A stretch of DNA of 64,000 nt from Octopus sinensis (Eukaryota): NCBI RefSeq assembly GCF_006345805.1, contig NC_043011.1, positions 65,546,464 to 65,610,463 of the forward strand, written 5' to 3'. Of the stretch, positions 40,741 through 54,250 are shown in pieces. The position numbers and the translations under genes are program-made. Within the stretch, counting starts at the first letter, position 1. Each line of letters begins with the position of its first letter. Under the pieces are notes generated by a model. It had not been told where the DNA came from and did no database searches. It saw nothing but the letters and a program-made list of their open reading frames with translations.

Positions 40741-41589
40741 AAAACTGAGAATGTGTAATAATATTTCTGTATACATTTGGGGTGAAGCTGTTGAAGTAGA
40801 CGTTTGTGACATAGTTGCTTTCTATTGTGTTATCTTGATTTCTCGAAGATTGAATTCACATTCTCCATGCTCGTTCAAGTATCTCGTACAGTATTGAAAA
40901 CGGCTTAATTCAGCAACACATACCTAATATCATAACAAATAAACAGTCTCCATTATGAATGACTTTCGCCATGGCACTGAAATAGTTAGATAGATTTTTC
41001 TTTTAAGCATCAACGGGAATTTTCTTTATTATTGTTTGTTTTTGGCTGGCAAAACTGAATCTAACAATCGCATCGTCAGACTTTATAGCTAAGGATTTTG
41101 CCAAGTGTCACGTAAATATTTTAGTATTTTGTGTTTTATTCTTTCAGGATAATATTCGTAAGAATTTACGTTTATATATTTGTTTTGCAAGGTTTTTGAT
41201 GTGAAATCGTGTGTTGAAACAGATATTGTTGTATTTAGAGAGGCACATGTTGCCAGTTTAGTCAATAGAAACACACGCACTATATATTTGGTGTTAATTT
41301 GATTCATCTTTATTTTATTAATCTTAATCTTATTTCGGCCACAGTTCTTTCATCACACTCCTGTGACCGTATCAGTGGTTCTTTCCTTTCGTCTTCCTTA
41401 TTTGTGTATCTCTCCTTACTAATGATCAGCCATTTTATATGTTGTATTCCTATTGTATGTGTCTTTATTTGCGCATGCATGTCTATGATTAGTAAATGCG
41501 TGTGAGGAGGGGGTGCCTGTACTATTTGTATCCACTGTTTATACACGGTCGTGTAATTATGGTAAATTGAAGCTTGCACCATTGGTCAA

Positions 41590-42700
41590 GACTACCTGTC
41601 CAATTAATTTTCGTCCAGTATCATAATTTTTTCGACATAACAGTTGGCCCAGCAATACATCAATCGCAACCTTCTTGCCACATTTGGAATCCGGCTTCGA
41701 AATTGTGTACCTCAAATAAATAGATTTTGACCCTAGATCTCGATAACAGTATTAAATGAGTACGTTTGAACTGCTTTTTCAGCAAGAGGAAAAGATGGAA
41801 GCCCGAAGGTGCAAAATCTGGAGAATGAGGCAGGTGCAGAAGGGAAACCCTCCTGTTGTTGGCAAGAGAGCAACAAGCGAGAAGAGCTCAGTGGCAGGAT
41901 GTAATATGGTCGGGAAGAGACCAACTTTTACTCTCCAGAGATCCGTTCGGTTTCACCGAAAGTTCTTCCTCAAATGATTTAGAACGTCGCCGTAAAACTC
42001 TCGATTGATGGTCTGATGTAGAGAATGCATTCTCGATATACAATACTGCAGATGTCATGAAAAAGCAAAATATGAGCTTGCTATTAATTGAGATGAAGTA
42101 TTGTTGTGGCTTCTTCGCTCGTGGAGATTAAGGGTTCTTATATTGTGATGACTGTAACTTTGTATCAGAACGATAACCGTCGATCAAATTCTCGTTACAC
42201 GTAGTGATCTGCGACATGAAGGACAGTCCATGAGCGGCAGTCTGACAGAGAACTTCACAAGCATTAATGCGATGTTCTTTCTGCTCAGCAGTCACCAGTG
42301 TCGGTGGTGGGGGGTCAAATTTGGTAGAAACACGCATGTTCAATTCAGACATAAGGATTGCTTACATGGATCTATACAATAGACCAGCAACATCAGAATT
42401 ATCTTTGACTATTCTCTGACGATTCTCATGTACAAGCCAATGATCTTTTCCACATTGCTGGGGGTGACACTCGTGGTAGGTCCTCCAGAATGCTCATCGT
42501 TTTCCTGGGACTTTCTGCTGCTTTTGAAGCGCCCATGCCACATGGAACATTGCATAGGAACCATCAATTCGTCAAGGAAAACATACTCAATGTTTTTGTA
42601 GCAGACCTCCCAAGTTAAACAAGTTGGCCCCTTTTCTCAATCCTGTTCCTAAAAAAAGTCTCAGACAACAACATACACGTGACCACAAAAACATAAATTT
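41590..42700 (-). mobile_element. Decayed mariner transposase
   Basis: Minus fragments WHGRFKSSR...ELNMRVSTKF...EQKEHRINAC...QTINREFYGDVL. Ends approximate. Confidence 0.75.
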
Positions 42701-44061
42701 CAATTATGAAGTAAACACAGCGAAGCCATGCAACACACTGTGTCATGAAGGTCAATACGAGCTATCAATGCGACGCAACCATGTACTTCCATCTCTTTAG
42801 GTACTTGAGAGCTAAACCGGAAACTATTTTCTACCGCTTTTGGAGTTTTCCCTAAGCGAGTTTTCGACGTTGTGCAATTCGCTACTGATCTCAACAGCAG
42901 TGTCAAAACAGTGACCTTTGAACTGCTTTTACATTTGCGGGAGGAGATAGATATCTACAGGCGCAAAATCTGGTGAATAGAACGGGTGCGAAAGTGGTAT
43001 TCGGTAGCAAATTGAATCGCTGTTTCTAATTATCATAGCATAGGATTAACTCGACATACTCACTGTACAGGTAGTTAATATGATTGTATGCACGTTTGTG
43101 TGTGCGCGTGTGTGTGCATTCGCTTTTCTTCTTAAAGGATAAGGCAGAATATGTCATTTTAAAAAAAACATCTACTGTTGTGAAATCTAAGTTGATCTTA
43201 CTCATTCTCCAATTAATTTTTCTCTTTTGTATTTTCGAAACACCGTTTCCCCTTTCGTGTTATTGAATCCCACTTTCGATATTATCTTTATACAATTTGT
43301 TGCATTGTTAGTAGTGAGATTCTTGATTTCAGCATATTTTTCTGTCAGCTATTACTATTCAACATCTTGCATATATTTTGAAAGAATTCATCCTATATTT
43401 ATAATTCTTGGGATCACTTGTTCATGGTAGTTAGAGTTCTGATATTAACTGGATTGTTTCGCAGTCATCTGCGGCTATTTTTAATTTTAGTGGCTCCAAA
43501 GAAAATGTTAAATCACTACATCATTTGACACTGTACATCATGGAAAGTCTATCACCCCCATAAAAAGATCCTACTTAGAAAAAACAGCTAACACAATTGT
43601 TTGCGTTGTATTGAACCCAAAATGTAGACATCAAAATACACCAGATTTTGTCAGAAGCAACGTATATGAAAGCGATGTAAATGATATGCATTTTATATAC
43701 TCAGCGAGCCACACCATGCCAATGTTTATGTCATGAACAAAAGGGAAACCTGTTGTGCTGTTGAGACATATTTATTGAAAGGCACAATATTTTGCTATAG
43801 AAGAGAAAATAGAAAAGGAAAACCAAAATATCAATTCTAAAACTACAAAGACATTTGTTGGGAATAAAAGAAAAGACGATATTATAAGAAAGAAGCACAA
43901 AAGATTGAAAACGTTAAACAAAAGGAACTTGTGTTTAGAAGAAAAACCGTATTAAGACGAACTCTATTCACAAACTTTAAAAAATCCCATTTATATGAAT
44001 GAAACATATCTTTACAACAAACAAATTTACATTGCATCTGTTTGTAAGAAATATATTATAC

Positions 44062-44071
44062 CATTCGTCAT
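44062..44071 (-). CDS. Putative 10-nt microexon, paralogue 1 (D-D-E-C across junctions)
   Basis: cttctcactttag|atgacgaatg|gtataa. Phase 1 to 2, which exactly bridges the signal exon and the Cys exon; ends in TG like the 13-nt paralogous exon. Confidence 0.52.
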
Positions 44072-44721
44072 CTAAAGTGAGAAGCTTAATGTACTGAGTT
44101 ATCTGAAAATGAAGGTTTTGCAGAGAGTGGGCAGAAGATGCTGAAAAGTCAGTGTAACTAATGCTAGGATGCGCGATAACTGAAAGAACAACGCCACGGA
44201 TTAACGAGAATCAACAGATCAACGCTGCTATTGTATGTCGGACGCACAATGTCATTGGCGCCCCTTCATCCAAACTATAAGAGTTGAACGAAAGGGAGAA
44301 AGAGGCCGACACACAGCTTTGGTCATTTATGACATCAAATACTGGACTTGAAGAAGTAGCCTACTTGCATGGTAGATGTTCACCTTTGGCTTAATGGAAG
44401 GCTTGGCATTCCGATGTCACGTAACGTGTAGAAACAATAGTGATACATATATATATCATTATGTGTGTGTGTGTCTCGTCGTGTAGACATATATATATAT
44501 ATATATATATATATACAGTGCAGAAATTATAACACGAATGCAGTGTGAAATAAATGACTGTGCGAGGGAGTGCTGAAAATTTCCTGGGTTTAGGGTCATA
44601 GAGAAGGGCATGGTGGGAGGCGCAAACTTTCGAGATCTTTTACTGAAGCGCCGCTGAAATAAGTGGGTATCAGTTTTAATGCACGCACACACACACACAC
44701 ACACATACATATATATATATA

Positions 44722-45845
44722 CAGTGGTTGGACAAAATAATGATAACACCTGGCATCATAGCATTGTAAGTTCTTAAAACATCCTTAAAACCGGCACATA
44801 CCTCTTTATTTTTATGTTTTTTGATTTATCATTAGTGTTGCTTAATATAGTTTTCTAAAATTGTTGTTTCTCTTCAGTTATCATCAGAAAAATAAAAATA
44901 AAATTCATTAAAATGACAGATCTATTGGAATTTCAAAGAGGTCAATTGTTGGTGCTCGAATGGCGGGCGCTAGCGTAACGAAAACACCGGAAATGTTAAG
45001 AGTATCAAAACGTAGAGTCTCGAAGGTAATACCAGCCTTTGAGAAAGATGGACACACCTCGTTGTCGAAACAAAACTCCGGAAAAAAACCCCAAATATTT
45101 TAGATATGGACGTCGGACTCTTCCGCAAAGTTGTAGAAAGCATCACAAATGAACAGCTCCGAAAATTACAGTAGAGTTTAATAACTACTAAAACTGTTCG
45201 CCGGGAGCTGCACAGAATCGAATTTCATGGGGGGGTTGCAATCAGTAAACCACTACTTTCAAAAACAAACGTTGCCAAGCGTTTAGTGTGGAGTAAAAAC
45301 CTACATAAACGGTCCCTAGAGCAGTGGGAAAATGTTATTTTCTTGGGCGAGTCATCCTTTATCAGATTTCCGACCACCAGCCAAGTATACGCGTGGAGAC
45401 AGCCAAAACAAGCATTTGACCCAAACTGCCTTTTTCCCACTGTTAAACATGGACAAGGATCTGTGATGGTCTGGGTGGGGACTATATCCTTCAAATCCGC
45501 CAGCTCAATGGGTTCCCTCCATGGAAGAATTATAGTGAAAGACTATTTTAGTGTTTTATCTGATCAAATTCATCCTATGTTTGCGGAACTGTTTCCGGAG
45601 GAAAACGGCAATATTCCAGGATGATAATGCACACCTTCACATAGCTTAAGTTGTTGGTGAATGGCACGAAGAAAATTTTGGTGAAGTTGAACATCTTATC
45701 TGGCCAACACAGTTGCCACATCTCAATATTATTAAACATTTATGGTGCAGTTTAGAAAAACATATAAGTAGTCGATATCTCTCACAGTCATCACCACAAG
45801 ACCTGAAGACTATTTTATCTTGTAATGGACAAAAATTCCTTTGTA
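44722..45845 (+). mobile_element. Decayed Tc1-like transposon
   Basis: TA-cagtggttggacaaaataat TIR-like start; [41 protein letters not shown]. Right TIR not found. Confidence 0.85.
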
Positions 45846-45919
45846 CGGTCCATATATATGTATTTATATACATTTGTGTGTCTTTATTTATAAATGTGTG
45901 AATGCATGTAAGCATATGT

Positions 45920-46166
<247 letters not shown>

Positions 46167-46369
46167 GCTCCGGCAGGGGATGGTGGCGATCTCTGCTGTA
46201 CTCTTTCGCCACAACTTTCTTTAATTCTTTCTTCTGTTGGCCTGCCCGCTTAGCCACCGGGGTGCTGTTAATTGATGGCTAAACCAATGCAAAGCGCATT
46301 GTGACCAGCGGTGTGTAGCAACATCTGATAGCCTGGTGATAAAAAAAATATATATGTATGTATGTATCT

Positions 46370-46988
46370 AAATAGCAGTCATATCCCTGACTGTAAAAAC
46401 CACGTTAAATGTTCGTTTCGCACCATGAGATAAGACAGAGGGACAAAATAGACTAGCAAAAAATATTACTGAATAATTCAAGATCCCGGATTTCTAGCTT
46501 TGCTTTAAATAGTGGGATGTAGTGGCCTTGAAAGCGATACAAGCGGTAAAAACGCATTTCAGTTTTATATATAGAGATATATATAAATTTATAAATAAGG
46601 ATAATATCGATATTTAAATATCGATATTATCAAGGCGCCAGCATGGGAAAAATAACATACAAAGGTAATAATTTTAACAACTAAAAATAAGGGTGTCTGA
46701 GAGACATCACCATGCCGAAATAGCAGTCAGAACCTAGAACTCCTGGATCTTGAATTATTCAGTAATATTTTTTGCTAGTCTATTTTGTGTCCCTGTCTTA
46801 TCTCATGGTGCGATATGAACATTTAACGTGGTTTTTAGAGTCAGGGTTTTGACTGCTATTTGGGAATGGTGGTGTCTCTCAGTCACTCTTATTTTTAGTT
46901 GTAAAAAATTATTACCTTTGCATGGTATTTTTCCCATGCTGGCCCCTTGATAATATCGATATTATTTTTATTTATAAATTTATATATA
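46370..46988. repeat. Interleaved double inverted repeat (A-B-A'-B')
   Basis: ~46384-46490 pairs with ~46741-46845, and ~46580-46732 pairs with ~46845-46988. Shares aaatagcag(t/c)ca with the 5244 element. Confidence 0.7.
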
Positions 46989-47218
46989 TATTCATCGACC
47001 ACTTGGCGTTAAAGCTTCTTTTTTTAGTTCTCTGTTTATTTTCTCGTGCTCTGTTCTGTTGAAGTGTGTAGGCTCAAAACCTAAGTCTTTCTCACCTTCC
47101 CGAGAACTCGAATTATACACCAATTTATGGTTTACAAAGCTGTCTTCGTGTTTTGTTCTTTTGTAAGATCCAACTATATATAAATATATGTATGTATATA
47201 TAATATATGCATATATAC

Positions 47219-47273
<55 letters not shown>

Positions 47274-47464
47274 ATTACTTAGATATATATACCTATCTAT
47301 CTGACTCTATCTATCGATATACACATGTATATATATATATATATTGGGATTTGGTTTGCAAGCTTCTTTATATGAGTTCGTGTGTATATACAGTGAGTGA
47401 ATGATATAATCATCGGTATTATGTTAATAAACATTGTAATAGAATACTTAATATATCTACTTAC

Positions 47465-47504
47465 CAATCACTAGAAGCAACATAAAAAAGGCAAAATTCT
47501 TCAT
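47465..47504 (-). CDS. Putative first coding (signal-peptide) exon, paralogue 1: MKNFAFFMLLLVI + 1 nt
   Basis: ATG at 47504 with an in-frame upstream stop; phase-1 GTAAGT donor at 47464; upstream tgtctgcagatgacttc as in paralogue 0. Confidence 0.65.
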
Positions 47505-48002
47505 AGCGTTGCTCTTGTATTACTTATTAATTGTGTTCACGAAGAAGTCATCTGCAGACAGTAATATCTTAAATATGTATATATGTATAATGTAACACAT
47601 GTGCCTCGAAGAATTGTAAATATTAAGTATATTTATCGTTTTGTCGTGTAGTGATATATTTGACATGGAATATTATATATGATGTTCTAAGTATACATGT
47701 GCACATTTCTTTTTCCTTGTCCCATGCTGGTTATTAACGAGAATCCACGCATATAGGTTATTATATTGAGGACAAATAATGTGCCATATGTTACCGCCTA
47801 CGGTCGCCATTACAGCTGCATTTATGGAGGGATACAAAGGGAATGCGTGAAGCCATGACATCAAAGAATGGACATGAAATACTGGTCTGCTCTTTCGTAA
47901 CAAAGATACATAAACAGGCTTGGTGGGTGAGCACAATCCGATCCACTGCAACATTGTTCGTGCGGTGTTGATTGTAGCGCACACATACACACACGAACAT
48001 AC

Positions 48003-48070
<68 letters not shown>

Positions 48071-48559
48071 TTGGAAAAAGATGCGTCGCGTTCGATCAGA
48101 TATTAATATAAATAATATAAATATATATACATATATATATATATACACACACACACACTAGGAGCAACACACATACTTAAATAAAATGTACTGTCACGTG
48201 ATAGAAAATTCAACAAACTATATATACGCCATCTGATGAGAGGTAAATATTGTTTATTTATGGGGCAGAATACATGGTTTGAAGCGTATCTAATAGTTTC
48301 ATATGTTGAGAAAGACGCAAACCACATAACGACCGATGCTATTAGCTATACATTGCCTTCTCTGTTTGGGGGCGTTTCTTTTATTATTCAATACTTTTAG
48401 TTCGTTATGATACGTGGGTTGCACCTGAAGAATATATCTGAGTATTAGTGTTCTACATTTGAGGAATTATGTACCTTATTTAAATTATTTACATTTTACG
48501 GTTATTTGTCCTCATCTTATTTATTGTTACATTTATAAGCCCCAAAATTCACTCCACTC

Positions 48560-49478
48560 CATAAGTGCCCACATAGTGCCAGATGAGCATAACATTTCTA
48601 ATTCCGTTGATGCTGTACTCAACATCGATGAAGCTGTGAATTATCCAATTGAATTCTTGAATAATCTAGCTCCACCCAGCCTCGCACCTCCCAACTTGTA
48701 CCTCAAGAATGGGGCACTAATTACGCTACTTAGAAACTTCGATCCACCAAAGCTTTGCAATGGCACACGACTTATAATAAAGAAGATGCCAGCCGTCTTG
48801 GAGGCAACAATTTTGACTGGTAAAGCAAGCGGTGAGCCGGTATGCATTCCTAGAATTCAGCTCATTCCCTCGGATATGTCTTCCGAGTGCAATCCCTCGC
48901 AATTCCTATCGAAACTGAGATTTGCAATGAGTAATAACAAGTTCCGGGGGTTCCTTACATGTGGAGCTTCTGAACTTTCCGGAGCGCGTTTCCTCCCATG
49001 GCCATGGCCAGCTTTATGAGGAACGCTCAAGAGTCGGCAATCTAAACAAGTTGGTTAGTTATGTTCCACAAGGAAAGACCAAAATGCTGTTTATCAAAAA
49101 GATTTGCAAACTTAATACGATTCACCAAATCATCAATTAATCATTATTTAACTGTAATATGTCCAAGTATTGTAAATCTGGTGATAATCTACATGTTATT
49201 TTAAAATATATATGCAAATTATTTGTATGTCTACTGTAAAATTAAATGTCAATCTGTAGCCTGTTCTTTCGTAACTCGTTTCACGATTTTTGTATCAATC
49301 CCTTATTTCAATTTCCTAAAAACAAGATCCTATGTAAGACAGTTCGGTATACATTGTAAATGCACTAAACCCGTTTTAAGGGGTACATACATTTTAGTGT
49401 TGTTAAGCGAAACAATTATGAGAACGGAACCAAGAGATAAGCCCCGGATATCCGGAAATTACCGTTTACGTCAGCTAA
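48560..49478 (+). mobile_element. Helitron 3' fragment (PIF1-like helicase C-terminus and terminal hairpin)
   Basis: AVNYPIEFLN...LLRNFDPPKLCNGTRL...EATILTG...IPRIQLIPSD; palindrome CCGGATATCCGG at 49444-49455 upstream of CTAA. Confidence 0.85.
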
Positions 49479-49597
49479 TATATATATATATATATTATAT
49501 TATATTATAACATATATTATATATATACACATATATGCATATGTTTATGTATATAAATGTTTGTATGCAAATATATATATTTCTATACACATATATA

Positions 49598-49829
49598 TTT
49601 CTTTACTACCCACAAGGGGCTAAACATAGAGGGGACAAACAAGGACAGACAAAGGGATTAAGTCGATTACATCGACCCCAGTGCGAAACTGGTACTTTAT
49701 TTATCGACCCCGAAAGGATGAAAGACAAAGTCAACCTCGGCGGAATTCGAACTCATAACGTAACGACAGACGAAATACCGCTAAGCATTTCGCCCTGCGC
49801 GCTAACGTTTCTGCCAGCTCGCCGCCTTG
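49598..49829 (-). mobile_element. SINE family A
   Basis: 14-bp TSD TATACACATATATA at 49584-49597 and 49830-49843. Confidence 0.9.
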
Positions 49830-51115
49830 TATACACATATATAGTTCACAGTTCCCTTGGGGTTTGATATTTGTTGTATACGGTATAACACTATTTCAAG
49901 TGAGGGGTAGCTTGTCTGCCACAGCTGTTTATTCTCCAGAATGTGACGCCATCCACATTGTAAAACGAGACTGATTCATACGATTGCACTTTTTGAAATT
50001 TCGGTTATTTAATTACTGTACGATAATATTTTGATATTGTAGATTGTTATCAAGGAGATTGAGTTCGAAAAGACTTATACTCTTGTAACCACATGGACTT
50101 CGAATACGCCATGCATTCCAGAAAAAACACTCCGCACAGCATGGGTTGAAACTCCGATTCTGATGCTTTCTTCGATGCATAGAGGAGATCATACGATAGG
50201 GCGAATACGAGCAATATTTAACTTAAATACCCTGAGGTCCAACTTCCCATCTCACGTTATTGTCCTATACCGTGAGCATGGTTGGAGAATATCTCATGAC
50301 TTTCTTAGTCACATTCCGGAGAGATTAGGAAAAGCAAATCATTGATATCGTTAGTGTATTAGTCCTCAAATTCGCTGATACCACTAAACCGTATAAAGCT
50401 GAAATTTATATGTTTACCTTGATCTAAATTATGAATATTCAAATAGGACCTGGATATATCCATCAGGATCAGGATATCTCTATAATTATTTACCTGGTCA
50501 ATAATTTGTATGTTCTGTATCATATAATTACGTTATATAATATAATCTGCTAATAGAATACTCGATACGAGCAGAAAAATAAACGAGGAAAATGTTATCA
50601 TGCTTTTTCTTCTGTGATCATGTAGAAAGGATGACGGAGAGTATGATCTTTGAATTATTTGATACGATGTAATACCTTTTTGTGCCCCGAATATAAGCAT
50701 GCAAGAATCATAGGCAGTTTTACGTTGTATGGTGAAATATTTAACTTTGAATATGGTATGCGTGATTTTAAAGATTTTATGGACTTATTTTATTTTTCGT
50801 TGCATCCTACTTCTTATTATCAGGAAACGATGATACGCAACTATTATAGTTAGGGCGCTCAATGTGCCGCCCAGTGCGCCGCCCAATATGCCACGTGTTT
50901 TAGTGCATACATTGTGACTGCTAATAAAGACTCTCAAGATTTTCGGTGTGGAAAACTTAAAATTTAGCGACCGTAAAATTTAACAACTTTTATAAAACCA
51001 AGAATAATCCAATTAACAATTTCAATAAATTTCTCGATCTACAAATATCTGAATATATTTCCAGAAATATAAATACTGTTCAACTACTATAATTTCCATT
51101 ATCATTAAAGATATA

Positions 51116-52330
51116 CGAGGTGCATTCCATGTTTCTAGATATATATTAATGACAATGATGATCGATGATGATCAAAAGTATATTTCGAGGCAGGATCTTG
51201 TAACTTCAAATCACTTGATCTAGAGTTCCATCGACTTCTTGAAGGTCACATAAGAAGCCCTTCAAAATGCAAATTTCCATGACTCTTGTCACAATATTTT
51301 GGGCTTCTTAATATATTGAAAATAACTATCCGTGACATAATCCCCCAGATTTTGGAACAACTAAAGTTGCAGGGAGACATTCTCGAATGTATGGAGACAC
51401 ATTAGTGATTTGACGCTCTTTCCTGTCAAGAATTGTGAACTCAAGATACCACCGACCCGAATAGAAGACATTTGATTATTTTGTAACGAATCTGTACGGC
51501 TTCATACATTCAATGGAGTGCTGTTTGTACACCGAATTGTCAGACGGATGCCACAGGATACAGATTATGCTGTTGCCGTCGACAAAACTGATCATTATGT
51601 GATTTCCGTCCGCGCACTCATCGGTCAGAGAGCCAGGATACTTAAATTGGTTCCTAACTCTCTTCGCCTTTGAGGAATAACTGAGTCAAGCACTCCTGGA
51701 ATGTAAGCTATAAGGTTAACTATTTTCCTACTCTCACTAACGCGCCTATCCTTCGTTTATTCACTGAACACCTTGCGGACAAATTTTGCACAAATTCTGC
51801 ACATATTCAGGTCTTCAGGACGGGCTTTGTGTACAGTTGACACACCAACTGAAAAGCGTAAGGCAATTGTTTGTATAGTCACATGACGGTCTTCTCAACT
51901 AGAACCGTTGTTCTGCCGACCCTCTCCCTCTCAAACCTCTCCTCATGTCACATATACTCTCTACCGTTTTTTAATCTCTTGAACCCGTACAAAATTGTTA
52001 CGTGGTTTATAAAACATCATACATATGCATCTATAGCAATTCCTAAAATTCTGATAGGGTTCGCTCAGTTTAGAACAACATTTCATCGCATATTAAGTTT
52101 GAAAATTGAATTCACAATCACGCATCTCTTCTGAACAATAGTCAGCTGTGACAAGTTGTCTTTTGTAGAAGCATGTGCATTTTCAAAGGACTGTTGTAGC
52201 TCCTTCATTCGGTCTAGAACGATTTTCCGCAGTCGGTCTTCCACGACACACTATTGTGACTAGACGATGCTCAGTATGCCGCAGTGTATCCGGAATAAGT
52301 ATTTTCGCAATAGTTTTAGCTACATGTTTA
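51116..52330 (-). mobile_element. Heavily decayed mariner transposase
   Basis: Minus fragments YAMKCCSKL..., LNMCRICAKFVRKVFSE, KYPGS...MISFVDGNSIICILW; TA-cgagg end at 51116. The other end is approximate. Confidence 0.65.
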
Positions 52331-52998
52331 GTTCAATTGAGCCGCCGAATTTTCAAAACAATATAAGTGAGCCGCAAGTGAAAAAAAGGGTCCAGATCAC
52401 TGGTCTAGATTTAAAAAATACTGCAATTCCCTTTCATAAATGAATAATAATTATATACTCATATCATTTTCATCTATGGCAGTTAAAGCTGTCATTCCAA
52501 AGACGTTTGTAGACTGATATTAAATATAATTAATCTTTGGATAATAAATTTTCTGCTTAACAACAAAGCCATTGTTTTGAATGTGTAGATGGTGTTGAAT
52601 TTTGAAAGTTTGAGAAAGTATAAAACAAATATGTAAGTATATGTGTGGAGTATTTAATTATCCTTCTCATTAAAAACGATACAGAAACACAAGGCAGGAT
52701 CATCAAAACTTATAAAGTAATGCTGGCAGATGTTTATTAGAATATTTTCTTCATTGAGACATTAGAAATGTAACCAAAAGTGCTGAAAGGTTCGTTGGTG
52801 GTTGATATGTAATCTATAAACAGAATAGAAAAAATACAATTTACATAAATATTGAAGCAGATTGATGTGAAGTATGTAGGCATGTAGCTGTATACACAAC
52901 ACACAGAGACAAACGTACGCATACGCACGTATACATAAATCCATGTCCATACACACATATATGTACACACACATGTTCATACATATATAAACGCACAG

Positions 52999-53029
<31 letters not shown>

Positions 53030-53341
53030 TCACATAGAAATACAATGAGAAGCTTCCAAATAGGGAGCCTTGTGCTAGAAAGAGCAGTAGAAAACTCAAA
53101 ACCACCAAATAAGGATAAATTTTCGAAAGGAATGGAAATTTAAAACGTTCACCATCACAATTATTTCCCAGACCATGGTTTCTAACTATTTCCAGGGTTT
53201 TCTACTGCTCTTTCTAGCACAACGCTTTCCTATTTGAAAGCCTCTTATTGTATTTCTATGTGAATAACATATAGTCTAATGACTAATTCGTTTTTTAGCT
53301 AGGCCACTGGTAATAATAATTTCTTATTACCCTATTGTTAT

Positions 53342-53445
<104 letters not shown>

Positions 53446-53490
53446 GGATACATGCATATATATCTATATATGTATATGTCTATGTGTATA

Positions 53491-53521
<31 letters not shown>

Positions 53522-53540
53522 ATATGTATTTGTATATATA

Positions 53541-53987
53541 AACTTAGATAAACTTAAATGTGTTTCAACCAATGATTGGTCCAGGCCATGTCTAACTTAA
53601 TAGCACCACCTGATAGGATTATTTGAATCCTGTTTAAGTCAAGTTTTGCTTATGGTCCATTCAAGTAGTGAGTTTTTGTTGGGTGAGTTGTATCCAATTA
53701 TGGGTGGCTTATCTGGTATTCTTTGAAGGAATCTATCCAGACTCCATTTAAAATTGATGGGATTCTGTTCCTCTTTGATCTCTTTCGGGACAATGTTAAA
53801 TAGTGCAGGGCCTGTTGAGGAAAAGAAATTATGTTGTAGTGTATATGTATGCTGTGATCTTGAATTGGGCAGGGGACGTATGGCCCGTGGTCCCATTCTT
53901 GGATGAACCTTGAAGCTTATGTTCAGGTTGTTTGGGCAAAGTTGGCCGTATATTCTCCACATCGTACAAATGATGTACCGCTCACGG
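53541..53987 (-). mobile_element. 5'-truncated copy of LINE A (3' ~450 bp)
   Basis: RERYIICTMWRIYGQLCPN...NKNSLLEW and the same 3' UTR and tail as 10650-11091; the tail abuts a TA-rich tract. Confidence 0.9.
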
Positions 53988-54207
53988 TACATAATAGGGA
54001 GTAAATCCAAACTTACAGGGAAAAATTAGATTTTGGATTAAATCTAATTTTATAGTATAAATATATATATATATTAAATTAGAGCTAAAACCACTATTAT
54101 GCAAATGAAACAGTGATAATCATAAACCAATACATACAAATAAAATTAATAAAAAAATATATATAATATAAAATTCAAAATTTAAAATTTTTAAATTAAA
54201 TTTCTTT

Positions 54208-54250
54208 TCATAGGCTCAAGAGTGGCTGTGTGGTAAGTAGCTCGCTAACC
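54208..54250 (+). mobile_element. 5' head of a family B SINE split by an insertion; continues at 56270-56645
   Basis: gagtggctgtgtggtaagtagc...; colinear with the intact copy at 60655-61130. Confidence 0.8.

Noticed and set aside
50418-50423. Possible 6-nt exon ag|ATCAAG|gtaaac on the minus strand upstream of paralogue 1
   Set aside because: Weak acceptor and no paralogous counterpart found.
50850-50900. GC-box-like repeats (gccgccca twice) as a possible promoter of paralogue 1
   Set aside because: No TSS evidence and not seen upstream of paralogue 0; too short to be significant.
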